Virus record (IMG/VR): IMGVR_UViG_3300029305_009261
DNA length: 56,987 nucleotides
DNA from: an uncultured virus (IMG/VR IMGVR_UViG_3300029305_009261)
Lineage: Duplodnaviria > Heunggongvirae > Uroviricota > Caudoviricetes
Reading direction: 5' to 3' (one strand)
Each line of letters starts with the position of its first letter. Position 1 is the stretch's first letter. Made by a program: the position numbers and the translations under genes. The notes under the pieces were generated by a model. It made no database searches and was not told where the DNA came from. It worked only from the letters and a program-made list of their open reading frames with translations. Of the stretch, positions 20,703-30,421 are shown piece by piece.

Positions 20703-21038
20703 TTAATAAAATTTAGGGCTTTCCCAAGGTCGAACTCTTTTCGTACCTTTGGAGGTTTTTATATATTTTGTGGTTGGTTCTAATTCTTCTTTAAAGAAAT
20801 TATGAAATACGTCTTTTTTTTCTATATCAGAGAACATAAGTTTTAATTCTTCTGCTCTTTCAGCCATTTGTTCATCAAAAGTTTTGATATTAAAAATAGC
20901 AGAATCATAAACTTCATAGAGATTTTCTCCAATTTTTTTACAATAGATTTCATTCCAAAGAACTACCCAAGTCCCAATAGAGATTTCTTCATCTGGGATG
21001 GAAGGAAAGTTTAATTCCATAACACAAGTCGGATTCAT
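20703..21038 (-). CDS. hypothetical protein
   Basis: ORF with AGGAG RBS. Confidence 0.6.
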   Translation of the reverse strand: MNPTCVMELNFPSIPDEEISIGTWVVLWNEIYCKKIGENLYEVYDSAIFNIKTFDEQMAERAEELKLMFSDIEKKDVFHNFFKEELEPTTKYIKTSKGTKRVRPWESPKFY

Positions 21039-21064
21039 TCTAGGGCTCCTTATAATAAAAGTAT

Positions 21065-21520
21065 TTATCTAGTCATCATAGTAGGGATACTTGATGTATT
21101 TTTGGTATCATAAAAATTACAATCAAAATATAATTCTTTTGCCCTTAATTCATATGCCTTTCTAGCTTCCCAATTTGTATATTCTTCACCGCTAATGCAG
21201 TGAGATAACGGGAAGTTAATTAAATCTTCTAATGTCTTTATTTCTTCACAATATTTCTGGATGAGTTCATTTTCTTTTTTCTCTACAATTTCGTAAGCAA
21301 GTTTTGCAGTAGAGAACATGTCTTTAAATCTTGCTCCACCTTCTCCATAACTTTTAGCAATTTGCTTTCCATCTCTATCTACATGAGAGATACAATTTAT
21401 TCTACATCCATCTTCACATATTTGTGAAATAGTTCCTTTTATAATGTTTCCACTCCATGTCTCTTGGAAGTAGACAATTTCTCCTATGTTTACATTTGCA
21501 ATTGTGTATTGTTTACTCAT
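21065..21520 (-). CDS. hypothetical protein, paralog family B
   Basis: Paralog of 15619..16098; start at the ATG after AGGAG. Confidence 0.65.
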   Translation of the reverse strand: MSKQYTIANVNIGEIVYFQETWSGNIIKGTISQICEDGCRINCISHVDRDGKQIAKSYGEGGARFKDMFSTAKLAYEIVEKKENELIQKYCEEIKTLEDLINFPLSHCISGEEYTNWEARKAYELRAKELYFDCNFYDTKNTSSIPTMMTR

Positions 21521-21560
21521 AGTAAAGCTAATCTCCTTAAAAAAATGTAATAGATACATA

Positions 21561-21590
21561 TATTAGCTATAAAATGGTTTAAGGTTTCGG
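21561..21590 (-). promoter_or_regulatory. element-specific promoter-like motif, copy 2
   Basis: CCGAAACCTTAAACCATTTTATAGCTAATA after terminator at ~21600-21632. Confidence 0.8.
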
Positions 21591-21639
21591 ACAAAAAAAA
21601 ATAACACTAATCCGGAAGAAAAGTGTTATTTTTGTAGGG

Positions 21640-22755
21640 TTATTTCACAATCCAAGCAAATGGTAATCTCCACGAAGAGTTAGCATAATAGAAGGTAACG
21701 CTATTCATCAAGAATTCATCTTCATAATACATACAGGAAGAACTTCCACCATCTAAATTTGCAGCATTAACTGCACCATATTCAGCCATAACGTTAATAA
21801 GGTCAGAAGCAGAAGCTCCTAAATGTCCGGAAGTACCACGACCATCTGTTACTAACAATAACAAAGCTCCATCAGCTCTTTGACCAATTGCGGTTCGTGG
21901 GTTTAAACCACTGCCCATACCTTTCATTTCTCTTTGTTCTCCATTGATAATAAGCTGGACAAAATGATTATTTTTATCAGAAGTTTCTTCTTGGAAGCAA
22001 CAAGCGTCTCTAATCTTATGCTCTTTAATAAATGCTTCACATTCATCTTTGCTCATTTTAGACACATTTTGAATAACTAAAATATTATCTTCAGTCAATC
22101 CAATTAAAACAAGTCCTGAATAACTCTGAGGTTTATTCATAAGGATTTCTCCATTACTTACTACGACTCCACAAGGTCTGCCACCAGAATTACCAGAAGA
22201 CTCATAAAGCCCTGCATTGACTCCAGCAATTGCTCCATTATCTTTAACAAGGGAATCTAAGGTATCTCCTTTATCTTTCCATGGGTAGATAGTTGCAAGG
22301 CTGACTCTGGAAGGGTCTTTAATTATCATCATTGTTCCGAAAAAAGTTCTTCCGGCGATTTCAATAATCTCAATTTCTTCTGTAGACTCTTCTTCTGCAC
22401 TTTTCTCGGTATTGTTAATTATAGTATTTCCATCGGATGTCTGACTGGTCTTTCCGCTGGATTTATTACTGGAAGCTGCCACAACAATTAAAGAAGTGTT
22501 TACTTCGTCATTAAACTTTTCCATAGAGTTGGAGTTCACAACTTCTTGAATTTCCTCCGGAGTAAGGAAAATAGAAGCTAAAAATTTTAACTGGCCTGTC
22601 TCTAAAATGGTAGTTACAAAAACTTTTTTTGCCGAAGTTGATGGTCCATGACAAAAAGCATTGATAGTAAGACATAAAGTAACGACAACCATTGCAAGAA
22701 ATGTAAATAAAACAAGGCTACAACGGCCAATAATGGTTAATACAGAAGATTTCAT
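21640..22755 (-). CDS. membrane-anchored phosphodiester glycosidase (NAGPA/DUF2233) family protein
   Basis: N-terminal TM; PRTAIGQ, DGRG, A.NLDGGSS. Confidence 0.85.
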   Translation of the reverse strand: MKSSVLTIIGRCSLVLFTFLAMVVVTLCLTINAFCHGPSTSAKKVFVTTILETGQLKFLASIFLTPEEIQEVVNSNSMEKFNDEVNTSLIVVAASSNKSSGKTSQTSDGNTIINNTEKSAEEESTEEIEIIEIAGRTFFGTMMIIKDPSRVSLATIYPWKDKGDTLDSLVKDNGAIAGVNAGLYESSGNSGGRPCGVVVSNGEILMNKPQSYSGLVLIGLTEDNILVIQNVSKMSKDECEAFIKEHKIRDACCFQEETSDKNNHFVQLIINGEQREMKGMGSGLNPRTAIGQRADGALLLLVTDGRGTSGHLGASASDLINVMAEYGAVNAANLDGGSSSCMYYEDEFLMNSVTFYYANSSWRLPFAWIVK

Positions 22756-23303
22756 AAAGTTTTCTTCCTTTCTAAAAAAGTTTTTATAATTACATCGAAA
22801 TATTTCTTCACGAAATAATAGCTTATCCATGCAGTAATTACTCCTAATATGCAAGACATTAAAACATCTGTCGGGAAATGGACAAACAGATATAATCTGG
22901 AAAAAGAAATTAAAATTGCAATAAAAATTGCAAAGATACCCTCTTTTTTATGCCAAAGCCAAATAGCTATTGCTGAAGTAATACTGGCATAAGTATGTCC
23001 AGACGGGAAAGAATAGTCGTGAGGATTCTTGATGAGTAGCAAAACATTGGTATCAATCCAACATGGTCTATCTCTCATAATAACATTTTTTAAGATAAGG
23101 TTTCCGAAAAGGACCATAATGAATAAAGAAATAGCCATAGTTAAACCACATTTACGATATTTCTTTGTAACCAGAAACGCTATAGCTAACAAAATCCAAA
23201 TAAGTCCAGCATCTCCCAATGTGGTTATAAATATCATAATTTTATCCAAAATAGGTGTATGTAATCTTTGCAAAAGGTATAAAAAATCAAATTCCCAACT
23301 CAT
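22752..23303 (-). CDS. PAP2-family membrane phosphatase
   Basis: K....R.RP, SFPSGH, SRLYL.VH..TDV. Confidence 0.9.
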   Translation of the reverse strand: MSWEFDFLYLLQRLHTPILDKIMIFITTLGDAGLIWILLAIAFLVTKKYRKCGLTMAISLFIMVLFGNLILKNVIMRDRPCWIDTNVLLLIKNPHDYSFPSGHTYASITSAIAIWLWHKKEGIFAIFIAILISFSRLYLFVHFPTDVLMSCILGVITAWISYYFVKKYFDVIIKTFLERKKTL

Positions 23304-23306
23304 ATT

Positions 23307-24425
23307 TTATACCTCTTCATAGTTAGATTTTACATTTTTCATAAATTCAGTAAGTTCTTTTGAATTCTTTTTAAAAACCCATTCTTTCTGGATTCCAAAC
23401 GAGATAAAGAATAATGTAGTGTCTACAGCTAACTTTATTATTGTTTTACCAAATGTGCCTGTAGGAAGAAGTGTAGACAAAACAGCAACAAGTCCTGCAG
23501 AAGCGATTAGCTGAATAATGCAAAGAGCATAATATCTAAAAAATGAGGTTTTATTCTTAGACTGGAACACAATTTTTTGATTTACAAAGTAGTTTACTAA
23601 AGAAGAGCATATTCTTGCCAGTATAGTTGCTGCAACTATATTTTCTGAAGTTTTAGAAAGACCATAATTCTCTAACAAAGAGAGTGTAACATAAAAAAGT
23701 CCTAAATCTATAATTGCAGAAAGTCCAGAACTAAAGCTATATTTGAAAATAATTTTGTAGATTTTCCAACTATCTTTCAATGGATGAAAATGAGAAGATG
23801 CATTGTCGTCAAGATAAATTGTTTCAATCTTCTGTTCGGTCCAAGGGATGTTTTGAGTTTTCATCTCCAATAACATATTGGTTTCGTACTCAAAACGCTC
23901 TCCTTTCATTTCTATCATCGCTGGTAAAAACTTTGCAGGAATCGCTCTAAGTCCAGTTTGGGTATCTGAGATTTTGATTCCACATAGAGCTCGAAAAGCA
24001 AATTTTGTAATGTTGTTACCATATTTACTTTTAAACGGTACTTGTGGTTCACTAAAATCTCGACAACCAAGAACTACGCTGTCTGTATTTAACATTTTTT
24101 GACCACAGGCATAAATATCGTCTGGTCCATGCTGACCATCACCATCTACGGTAATAACTCCGATACATTCTTCTGCATCCAAACAATATAAAAATGCAGT
24201 TTTTAAAGCTCGTCCTTTGCCTTTGTTCACATTGTGGGTTAATACAGTACAGCCTTTCTCTAAAGCATATTGAAATGGCTGCAAATGAGCGTCATCACTT
24301 CCGTCATCTACAACTATGAGATTAGAAAATCCTTTATCGAGGATACCATCTAAAGTTTTGATGAATTTTTCATCTGGATTTAGAGAAGGGATAATAATCG
24401 TAATATCTTCAACACGATGTTTCAT
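23307..24425 (-). CDS. GT2 glycosyltransferase fused to GtrA flippase domain
   Basis: VVDDGS, GKGRA, D.DGQH, DTQTGLR, C-terminal 4-TM segment. Confidence 0.9.
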   Translation of the reverse strand: MKHRVEDITIIIPSLNPDEKFIKTLDGILDKGFSNLIVVDDGSDDAHLQPFQYALEKGCTVLTHNVNKGKGRALKTAFLYCLDAEECIGVITVDGDGQHGPDDIYACGQKMLNTDSVVLGCRDFSEPQVPFKSKYGNNITKFAFRALCGIKISDTQTGLRAIPAKFLPAMIEMKGERFEYETNMLLEMKTQNIPWTEQKIETIYLDDNASSHFHPLKDSWKIYKIIFKYSFSSGLSAIIDLGLFYVTLSLLENYGLSKTSENIVAATILARICSSLVNYFVNQKIVFQSKNKTSFFRYYALCIIQLIASAGLVAVLSTLLPTGTFGKTIIKLAVDTTLFFISFGIQKEWVFKKNSKELTEFMKNVKSNYEEV

Positions 24426-24520
24426 AATAATTTTTCAACCTTTCTTGTTCTTATGTGGGATAAAATATTGGGTGGAGTGGGCATTGTCAATTATACAAAA
24501 CAACACCCTACCCATTTTAT

Positions 24521-26041
24521 TTAACGAGAAACGATTTCTTGAATGTCAAGAATTAGCCATTTCGGATTTTCTGTGCTATTATCTTTGTAAAAATAAAAAG
24601 TACTATTCATTGGGTCATCTACCCATACATTTTTTTTATATAAATACATATGTTTTACAAAAGAAATATCACAAGAAAATAATTCATCACTGTATTGAAC
24701 AAAGTTAAAAACTTTTTCATCAGTGAAATAATTGTCGGAAGTACGATGCGCACTAGTAAAGGTAATGTCAACTCCAGTAGCCCATTTATATGCAACATTA
24801 TACATATAAGAATCCTTGATTAAATAATTCTTAATTGTATTAAATCCATTATTTCCACCAGAGAGGTCGTCTGTCATAAATAAGCTCCATGTTTTTGCAA
24901 CATCTAAGACATCAACTTCCATATCAATAGAAACAGGAAGGTCTGAGAGATAAGATTGTTCAGTTATTTCAATTCGATTGTTTGTAAAAGAACAATCAAC
25001 TAAATTTCCTAGATTATCATAAATAGTAATTTTAGGAACAATTAAACTATTCTCAAAGACATATTCATTTTGCATTGGCATAGTGGCATATTCTTTACAA
25101 TACTGATATTTCTGAATTTCTGTTTGTCTTTCTAAAAAATTATTTGGATTATTATCATCAATAAACAGTTCGAAATTGTTAGGAATAGAAACTTCATAGG
25201 TATTCGCATAGATATCTTCCACACCAGTATAAGTCATGCTATGTTTATAGCTATCCACAATCTGTAAAGAATCTTTTGCGGTAATAATGGTATAGGTGAT
25301 ATTATCTTTATTTTCAACACCAGATAAAACAATGTCGTTTAGTTGTAGCTGATAGCTCTTTGGTAAAGACAAATGATAGGTGTGAATAACCGGAGTGACA
25401 TGATTTTCAGTAATATCAAAAGCTGCTTTACAACCGTAGGCATCATAAATTTCGAATTCTGGTTCGTGATATAAAGTAGGTAATTGATAAAAATCTGTAT
25501 CGTCATTAACTTTAGTAGGGGTAAGTTCTTGATTATTTACTAAAACCTTGAATCCGGTAGGAACATCTACTGTATAGTCATAAGTAGTTATGGTCATAAG
25601 AGGAATAAAAGATTTTATTTGCCAATCCACAACTTTTAAAATCGCTAGTTTCTTTTCTTCTCTAACACTTTCTAATTCAAGAAGAGCTATTGGGTCCCCA
25701 TCAGCGAAAATTTGATATATCTGACCAGTTTCGCTAAAGGTTCCTGTTTTTACTTTGTATGTAAATTCAGAAACAGAAGACAAATATTTTTGATAATCTT
25801 CATAAACAGTTATTTTTTTATCGTAAGCAGCTTGTTCGATTTCTGGGAAAGTCAGAATAGTATCTAAACAATTATTTTTTACGGCATCTTGAAGTTTCAA
25901 TAGCTGTTGTTCTACTATCTGTTCTGGTTGAGCCAATTCATATTCGGTAAGAGTATTATTAACATGATAAAGAGCAATACCACTAAGCATTACAAGAATC
26001 CCAAAGAAGCAAAGATATAGCTTCCAAAACATATGCTTCAT
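24521..26041 (-). CDS. membrane-anchored extracytoplasmic hypothetical protein
   Basis: N-terminal TM, 506 aa. Confidence 0.7.
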   Translation of the reverse strand: MKHMFWKLYLCFFGILVMLSGIALYHVNNTLTEYELAQPEQIVEQQLLKLQDAVKNNCLDTILTFPEIEQAAYDKKITVYEDYQKYLSSVSEFTYKVKTGTFSETGQIYQIFADGDPIALLELESVREEKKLAILKVVDWQIKSFIPLMTITTYDYTVDVPTGFKVLVNNQELTPTKVNDDTDFYQLPTLYHEPEFEIYDAYGCKAAFDITENHVTPVIHTYHLSLPKSYQLQLNDIVLSGVENKDNITYTIITAKDSLQIVDSYKHSMTYTGVEDIYANTYEVSIPNNFELFIDDNNPNNFLERQTEIQKYQYCKEYATMPMQNEYVFENSLIVPKITIYDNLGNLVDCSFTNNRIEITEQSYLSDLPVSIDMEVDVLDVAKTWSLFMTDDLSGGNNGFNTIKNYLIKDSYMYNVAYKWATGVDITFTSAHRTSDNYFTDEKVFNFVQYSDELFSCDISFVKHMYLYKKNVWVDDPMNSTFYFYKDNSTENPKWLILDIQEIVSR

Positions 26042-26058
26042 AATTTAAAATATCCTTT

Positions 26059-26457
26059 CTATTTGATTGTTTTTGCAAACGCTAAAACTTCTGGTTTCCA
26101 AAACAAATTGCCATTTGAAGTTTTTATATATGGAGTAATTTGATTTTGTTTGATATAATTATTTAATTGCTGTCTAGTTCTGCTTAAAATTGAACAGACC
26201 TCTTCTGTAGTGAGAATATTTTGTTTAATAACAGAGGACATATCTTCCGTTTGACTAATTTCTGCAATTTTCTGAAAAGACTCGATTGTTACTGGTTCTG
26301 TAACAATATGATGGATTTTATCTAAAATAATAGTGTTATCTATTGCTTTTTGAGTCCATTCAGCATAGTCGTTTAAAAGCCATGTCTGAAGAGCTTGTAA
26401 AATTTCTAGTTCTACTTGTTCTTCGTGAATACAGGTTAGAATCTCTGTAATAGTCAT
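26059..26457 (-). CDS. protein with C-terminal HTH (MerR/excisionase-like)
   Basis: LTT.EV..IL..TRQ.L...IK. Confidence 0.65.
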   Translation of the reverse strand: MTITEILTCIHEEQVELEILQALQTWLLNDYAEWTQKAIDNTIILDKIHHIVTEPVTIESFQKIAEISQTEDMSSVIKQNILTTEEVCSILSRTRQQLNNYIKQNQITPYIKTSNGNLFWKPEVLAFAKTIK

Positions 26458-27155
26458 GGGGCATTAACTCCTTCTAGTGTAAGTTTTCCTTGATAAAGGG
26501 CATCGGTATTTTTAAAATAAGCCCAAAATTTTGTACCATAATCATAATGCCACCATTCACTTGGTAAATTCGTAAATCCAGCATTTATCATGGTCCAATA
26601 CAGTAATCTTCGATTATTTCTGACGGTTTCATTCTTGGTATATTCTTCAAAATGGTTTGTCCACGCTTTATTGGAAAAATCATCGAACAAAGTTCCCATA
26701 TCCAGTTCTTTTCCATCTGGTCCAATAATGGTTAAATCAATAGAACCTCCAGTATTATGTAACGACGGATTACAGACATCCAATGATGGCTTACTAACAA
26801 AAAAAGCCGTTCTTTTGTCTATTTCCAATTCGTCAGTTAATCCAGTATTTTCTATAACCTGTTTTCGATACTTATCCCAAAGCGACTGTTGGACACTAAT
26901 TTGTCGATATGCATCATAAATTTTGAATCGATATCCAACAGGAAGAGATTGTTCCGCTTTTTTTAGATGTTTTATAACGGATTCTCTTGCATAACAATCT
27001 TTATATGCTCCGGGAAGGCCTTGAAGATAATATTGAGATTCACAAAGAAAACCAGCTTCTGTTAAAGAAAGAATTTTTTCATTCACATTATTTATTGTAT
27101 ATTGTTTGATACTGGGAAATTCAATAGTAGGAATCTTGGAAGTTATATCTATCAT
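26454..27155 (-). CDS. D-Ala-D-Ala dipeptidase (M15D, VanX/DdpX-like)
   Basis: IYDAYR, S.H.TGG.IDLT, DMGT.FD, EWWH. Confidence 0.85.
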   Translation of the reverse strand: MIDITSKIPTIEFPSIKQYTINNVNEKILSLTEAGFLCESQYYLQGLPGAYKDCYARESVIKHLKKAEQSLPVGYRFKIYDAYRQISVQQSLWDKYRKQVIENTGLTDELEIDKRTAFFVSKPSLDVCNPSLHNTGGSIDLTIIGPDGKELDMGTLFDDFSNKAWTNHFEEYTKNETVRNNRRLLYWTMINAGFTNLPSEWWHYDYGTKFWAYFKNTDALYQGKLTLEGVNAP

Positions 27156-27530
27156 CTAAACTCTCCTTATCATAATTGGAGGTGTTTTTTGTTCTTCCAA
27201 TTCTTCTGTTAATCGCATATTTTCTTTTTCATAATAACGGATTCGAGCATCATGGCTTTCTAATAAAACAGCATAATTATGCTGAGCGACATGGAGTAAA
27301 TGGATTAAGTCTTCTTTGCTCATGCTTCGTAAAGTATTATCAGAATACATAGTATCTTTTCCGAGAACGCATTTTCTATGGCTTTGAATCAAACCTACCT
27401 TATCTACTTCGATTTGATGCTCTAAAGCTTCTGTTGCAACATCAATCGCTTCTCTTAAATAGATACTCATCGCATTATTATCTTTCGGTTTTGCTCTTTG
27501 AAGGAATGTAATAGCTTCTTGTTTTTCCAT
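27156..27530 (-). CDS. phage-type hypothetical protein
   Basis: ORF with AGGAG RBS. Confidence 0.6.
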   Translation of the reverse strand: MEKQEAITFLQRAKPKDNNAMSIYLREAIDVATEALEHQIEVDKVGLIQSHRKCVLGKDTMYSDNTLRSMSKEDLIHLLHVAQHNYAVLLESHDARIRYYEKENMRLTEELEEQKTPPIMIRRV

Positions 27531-27545
27531 AAATGTCTCCTATTT

Positions 27546-27734
27546 TTACTTTGTGGCTTCTACTTTTTCAAATCTTCCGCAATGACATAACCCCGGAGTT
27601 GTCTGTTCTTTAAATTCTTTACACATACATTTTGTATCTTCATTTTTTACAATAGTACATGGGCAGTAACCATTATTTTGGTCTACAAGTTTTTTTACTT
27701 CTGGATTAACTTCTACAATTTTCATCATTTTCAA
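27546..27734 (-). CDS. ferredoxin-thioredoxin reductase catalytic-subunit-like protein
   Basis: GYCPC...CMC...CHCG. Confidence 0.75.
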   Translation of the reverse strand: MKMMKIVEVNPEVKKLVDQNNGYCPCTIVKNEDTKCMCKEFKEQTTPGLCHCGRFEKVEATK

Positions 27735-27980
27735 ATATTTCCTTTCTTAATTTTCCGCAATATGGGCAATACCGAAACTTATAAGCAATATGTGTGTCTG
27801 ATAAATATAGACAGTTTTTATATACACGTTTGTTATCTTCTATTCTCCATTGCCAAACGCAATACATTGTGGTGTCATCTAAGGATTCAGAAACAAAGTC
27901 CATAAAAAACTTCCTCCTATGATTTACAAGGTGTCCAAAAATAAACAGCACTGGAAAAGTGTTTTACACCATATTACAAG

Positions 27981-28010
27981 TATTAGCTATAATTTGGTTT
28001 AAGTTCTCGG
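27981..28010 (-). promoter_or_regulatory. element-specific promoter-like motif, copy 3
   Basis: CCGAGAACTTAAACCAAATTATAGCTAATA after terminator at ~28018-28047. Confidence 0.8.
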
Positions 28011-28083
28011 AAAAACAAAAAAGTAGGTGTTTTTAATACCTACTTTTGTCACGAAATCTAATTTATTTATTTTTGTGAAAAAA

Positions 28084-28440
28084 TCAAGCTAGACTATCAA
28101 TAAGTACCTCTCCATCTACTAGTTTTAACTCTCCTAAGGTATGTTTTTTAATAGTTTTTGAAAATGGTTTTCGGGTATAAATTTCTACAATAGCATATCC
28201 ATTAGGATTGCCTGAGAATACAAGCTCTTTCGCATACGCTATAGCGAGTTTTTTCTTAGGAAAGTCTACTGATACCGTCATCCATGCATCTGTATAGTCA
28301 ATTTTGTCTTCTGGAGTCATTGGTCTACCAAGCCCTAATTCATTCTCATTTTTTATGTGGGTAGGATGACCTTTTTGAAGAATAAGAGCCAGTTCGTCAT
28401 CAGTAAAATAATGTCTTCCAGAGGTTTTATAAAATTTCAT
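28084..28440 (-). CDS. hypothetical protein
   Basis: GGAGG RBS. Confidence 0.6.
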   Translation of the reverse strand: MKFYKTSGRHYFTDDELALILQKGHPTHIKNENELGLGRPMTPEDKIDYTDAWMTVSVDFPKKKLAIAYAKELVFSGNPNGYAIVEIYTRKPFSKTIKKHTLGELKLVDGEVLIDSLA

Positions 28441-28443
28441 AAA

Positions 28444-28959
28444 TTACTCCTCCAATTGTGGGCGAAGAAAATATCTTGTCATTCCAGTTCCCATGCAACC
28501 GATAGGGAAGGTATGTAGCGAACAATTAGGAATTGTTTTGCTTTGATACTTTCTCGGGACTTTTCTGCGCATAGGCAGATGATGAGTTTTTAACCAGTTA
28601 TTTGTTTCGTACCTATGTTGTAAAGATTCATAACAAAGAGTTTCGTCAGGAGAACCATCTATAATTCTTCTTCTGTCATATACGTAACCATGTTCTTTTA
28701 TGTATTGACGAATAAATTCTTTATATTCTGGCTCGGTATATTCAGAAGAATCTCCTTCAAAATGAATAAGCACTAATCCATAAACAGGCTCATTGATACA
28801 GATTTCTTTTCCTTCTTCTTGACAGTATCGTTCTAAATAAACCTGTTGATAAGGGGTATTTTCTAAGTATTTAGAGATATAATTAGCAATTCTTCTAGTT
28901 CTTTTCATGACTTCAGAAGAAATAAATGTATCGGTAAGAATATTATAATAAAAATCCAT
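28444..28959 (-). CDS. phage-type hypothetical protein
   Basis: NNWLK.H.LPMRR motif. Confidence 0.6.
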   Translation of the reverse strand: MDFYYNILTDTFISSEVMKRTRRIANYISKYLENTPYQQVYLERYCQEEGKEICINEPVYGLVLIHFEGDSSEYTEPEYKEFIRQYIKEHGYVYDRRRIIDGSPDETLCYESLQHRYETNNWLKTHHLPMRRKVPRKYQSKTIPNCSLHTFPIGCMGTGMTRYFLRPQLEE

Positions 28960-29006
28960 AAGTATCTCCTTTCTTGCTGGGAAAATATAAGGTTATACGA
29001 GTTTCT

Positions 29007-29987
29007 TTATCGAAGATAAGGAATTGCCCCATCTTTATCTCCAAACAAATAAGCTAACTGTGCAAAGGGTTCTGGATTCATATAAAGTCGTTCACACCAA
29101 ACATGATTTTTTGAAGGATTTAATATATAAAAGCAATCGGCATTATATAATAATCGGTCAATATGTTCTGAAGAAATAGTAGCAGGAATGATTCCTGTAC
29201 AAACAATATTTCTCATCCTTGCTCTACGCCAAAAATCAGAAATATACCTATTGCTATTCGTTAAATCAGGGTGGAATAAGGTATCTGCATCACAAAAATA
29301 TATCCAAGTTCGTTGTGAGCTTTTAGAGATAGCTGCTTTAATATATTCTAACACCGGAAAAAGGAATGTATTGGTATTGTGAAATTGTGCAATATTAAAT
29401 ACGATAAATCTGTTCTCTAAATCAATATTAGCTGGACCATGAAAAATAGAGGTTGTTTCTAATAAGTGAACAAGGACAGAAAAATCTGCTTCGGATTCTT
29501 TTAGGTTTAGTAAAAGAGCTTCAATAGTTGGATGGTCGGAATCTTCATATAAAAGAGAAATAATTCTATAAAGCTCAGACTTCATTTGAGCAGTTATTTC
29601 TGCATTTGAGGAGACAATCGATTCTTGAATAGTTATTAAAAGGTCTGTTTTTTCTCCTTTTAACTGGTCTAAAGAAAAAGATTTATCAAAATAATCATGA
29701 GAATGGTTATTACAAAACAAATCTAAACTAATGTTAGAATATGAATTGATATTGATTAGCTGGCCTTCCAACTGGTTAATAGTGACTCTAGAAAAATCAG
29801 CATTATTATAAAAGGTATCAATTATAATAACTCTATCTTCTGTATTTTTAAGGATATGTGAAATTTCACTTTCCATAAGAAATGGTTTTGATTCTCCTTG
29901 ATTGCCAATGAGGAATCCATGTCGATTGGTTAAACTAGAGTCTTTTTGTCTTATTGTAAAAAGTTGAGATAATGGCGTAATATTCAT
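29007..29987 (-). CDS. degenerate VirB4/TraE-like ATPase domain protein
   Basis: N.HGFLIG..G..K, VIIID, TWIYF.DA, FW.RAR....CTG follow Firmicutes TraE, but Walker A/B are altered. Confidence 0.65.
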   Translation of the reverse strand: MNITPLSQLFTIRQKDSSLTNRHGFLIGNQGESKPFLMESEISHILKNTEDRVIIIDTFYNNADFSRVTINQLEGQLININSYSNISLDLFCNNHSHDYFDKSFSLDQLKGEKTDLLITIQESIVSSNAEITAQMKSELYRIISLLYEDSDHPTIEALLLNLKESEADFSVLVHLLETTSIFHGPANIDLENRFIVFNIAQFHNTNTFLFPVLEYIKAAISKSSQRTWIYFCDADTLFHPDLTNSNRYISDFWRRARMRNIVCTGIIPATISSEHIDRLLYNADCFYILNPSKNHVWCERLYMNPEPFAQLAYLFGDKDGAIPYLR

Positions 29988-30421
29988 AAAAAATCCTTTC
30001 TTTTGTGTTCTAAAAAGACTGTTTTTCCAATATCGTCGAATGAGAAATATAATGGTTTGTCCCAAGTTTTGCCATGAGCAAACAGCATAGCAGTATATTT
30101 CTTAGTCCAAACACCTTTCTTATTCTGTGTTATAGATAAGTTAGTTATCTGATAAGGAACAATAGGGCTATGTTCATCATAAGAATGGCGTTTAGCATAC
30201 ACCATGTCTCCGATTTTACATGGAAGCTGAATTATAAGGTCATTTTCTTCTTTATCCTCATATTTTGCCACTTTTTCCAATAATAAACGGTTATGATGAG
30301 GAGACATTTCGCATGGTTCTAGTGCTAACTCATTATTTTCATGGTCGATAAACCATATCATTCCTTCGAGCCCGACACCTCGTTTTGTTAATCGTTTCAT
30401 CCATTTACCTCCATAATACAA
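29984..30421 (-). CDS. phage-type hypothetical protein
   Basis: M.RLT, L..YED.EE...LPCK.GD.VY, IGKTVFL. Confidence 0.65.
   Translation of the reverse strand: MYYGGKWMKRLTKRGVGLEGMIWFIDHENNELALEPCEMSPHHNRLLLEKVAKYEDKEENDLIIQLPCKIGDMVYAKRHSYDEHSPIVPYQITNLSITQNKKGVWTKKYTAMLFAHGKTWDKPLYFSFDDIGKTVFLEHKRKDFL

Noticed and set aside
26454..27155. vanX vancomycin-resistance locus
   Set aside because: No vanA/B ligase, vanH or vanRS nearby; generic M15 dipeptidase.
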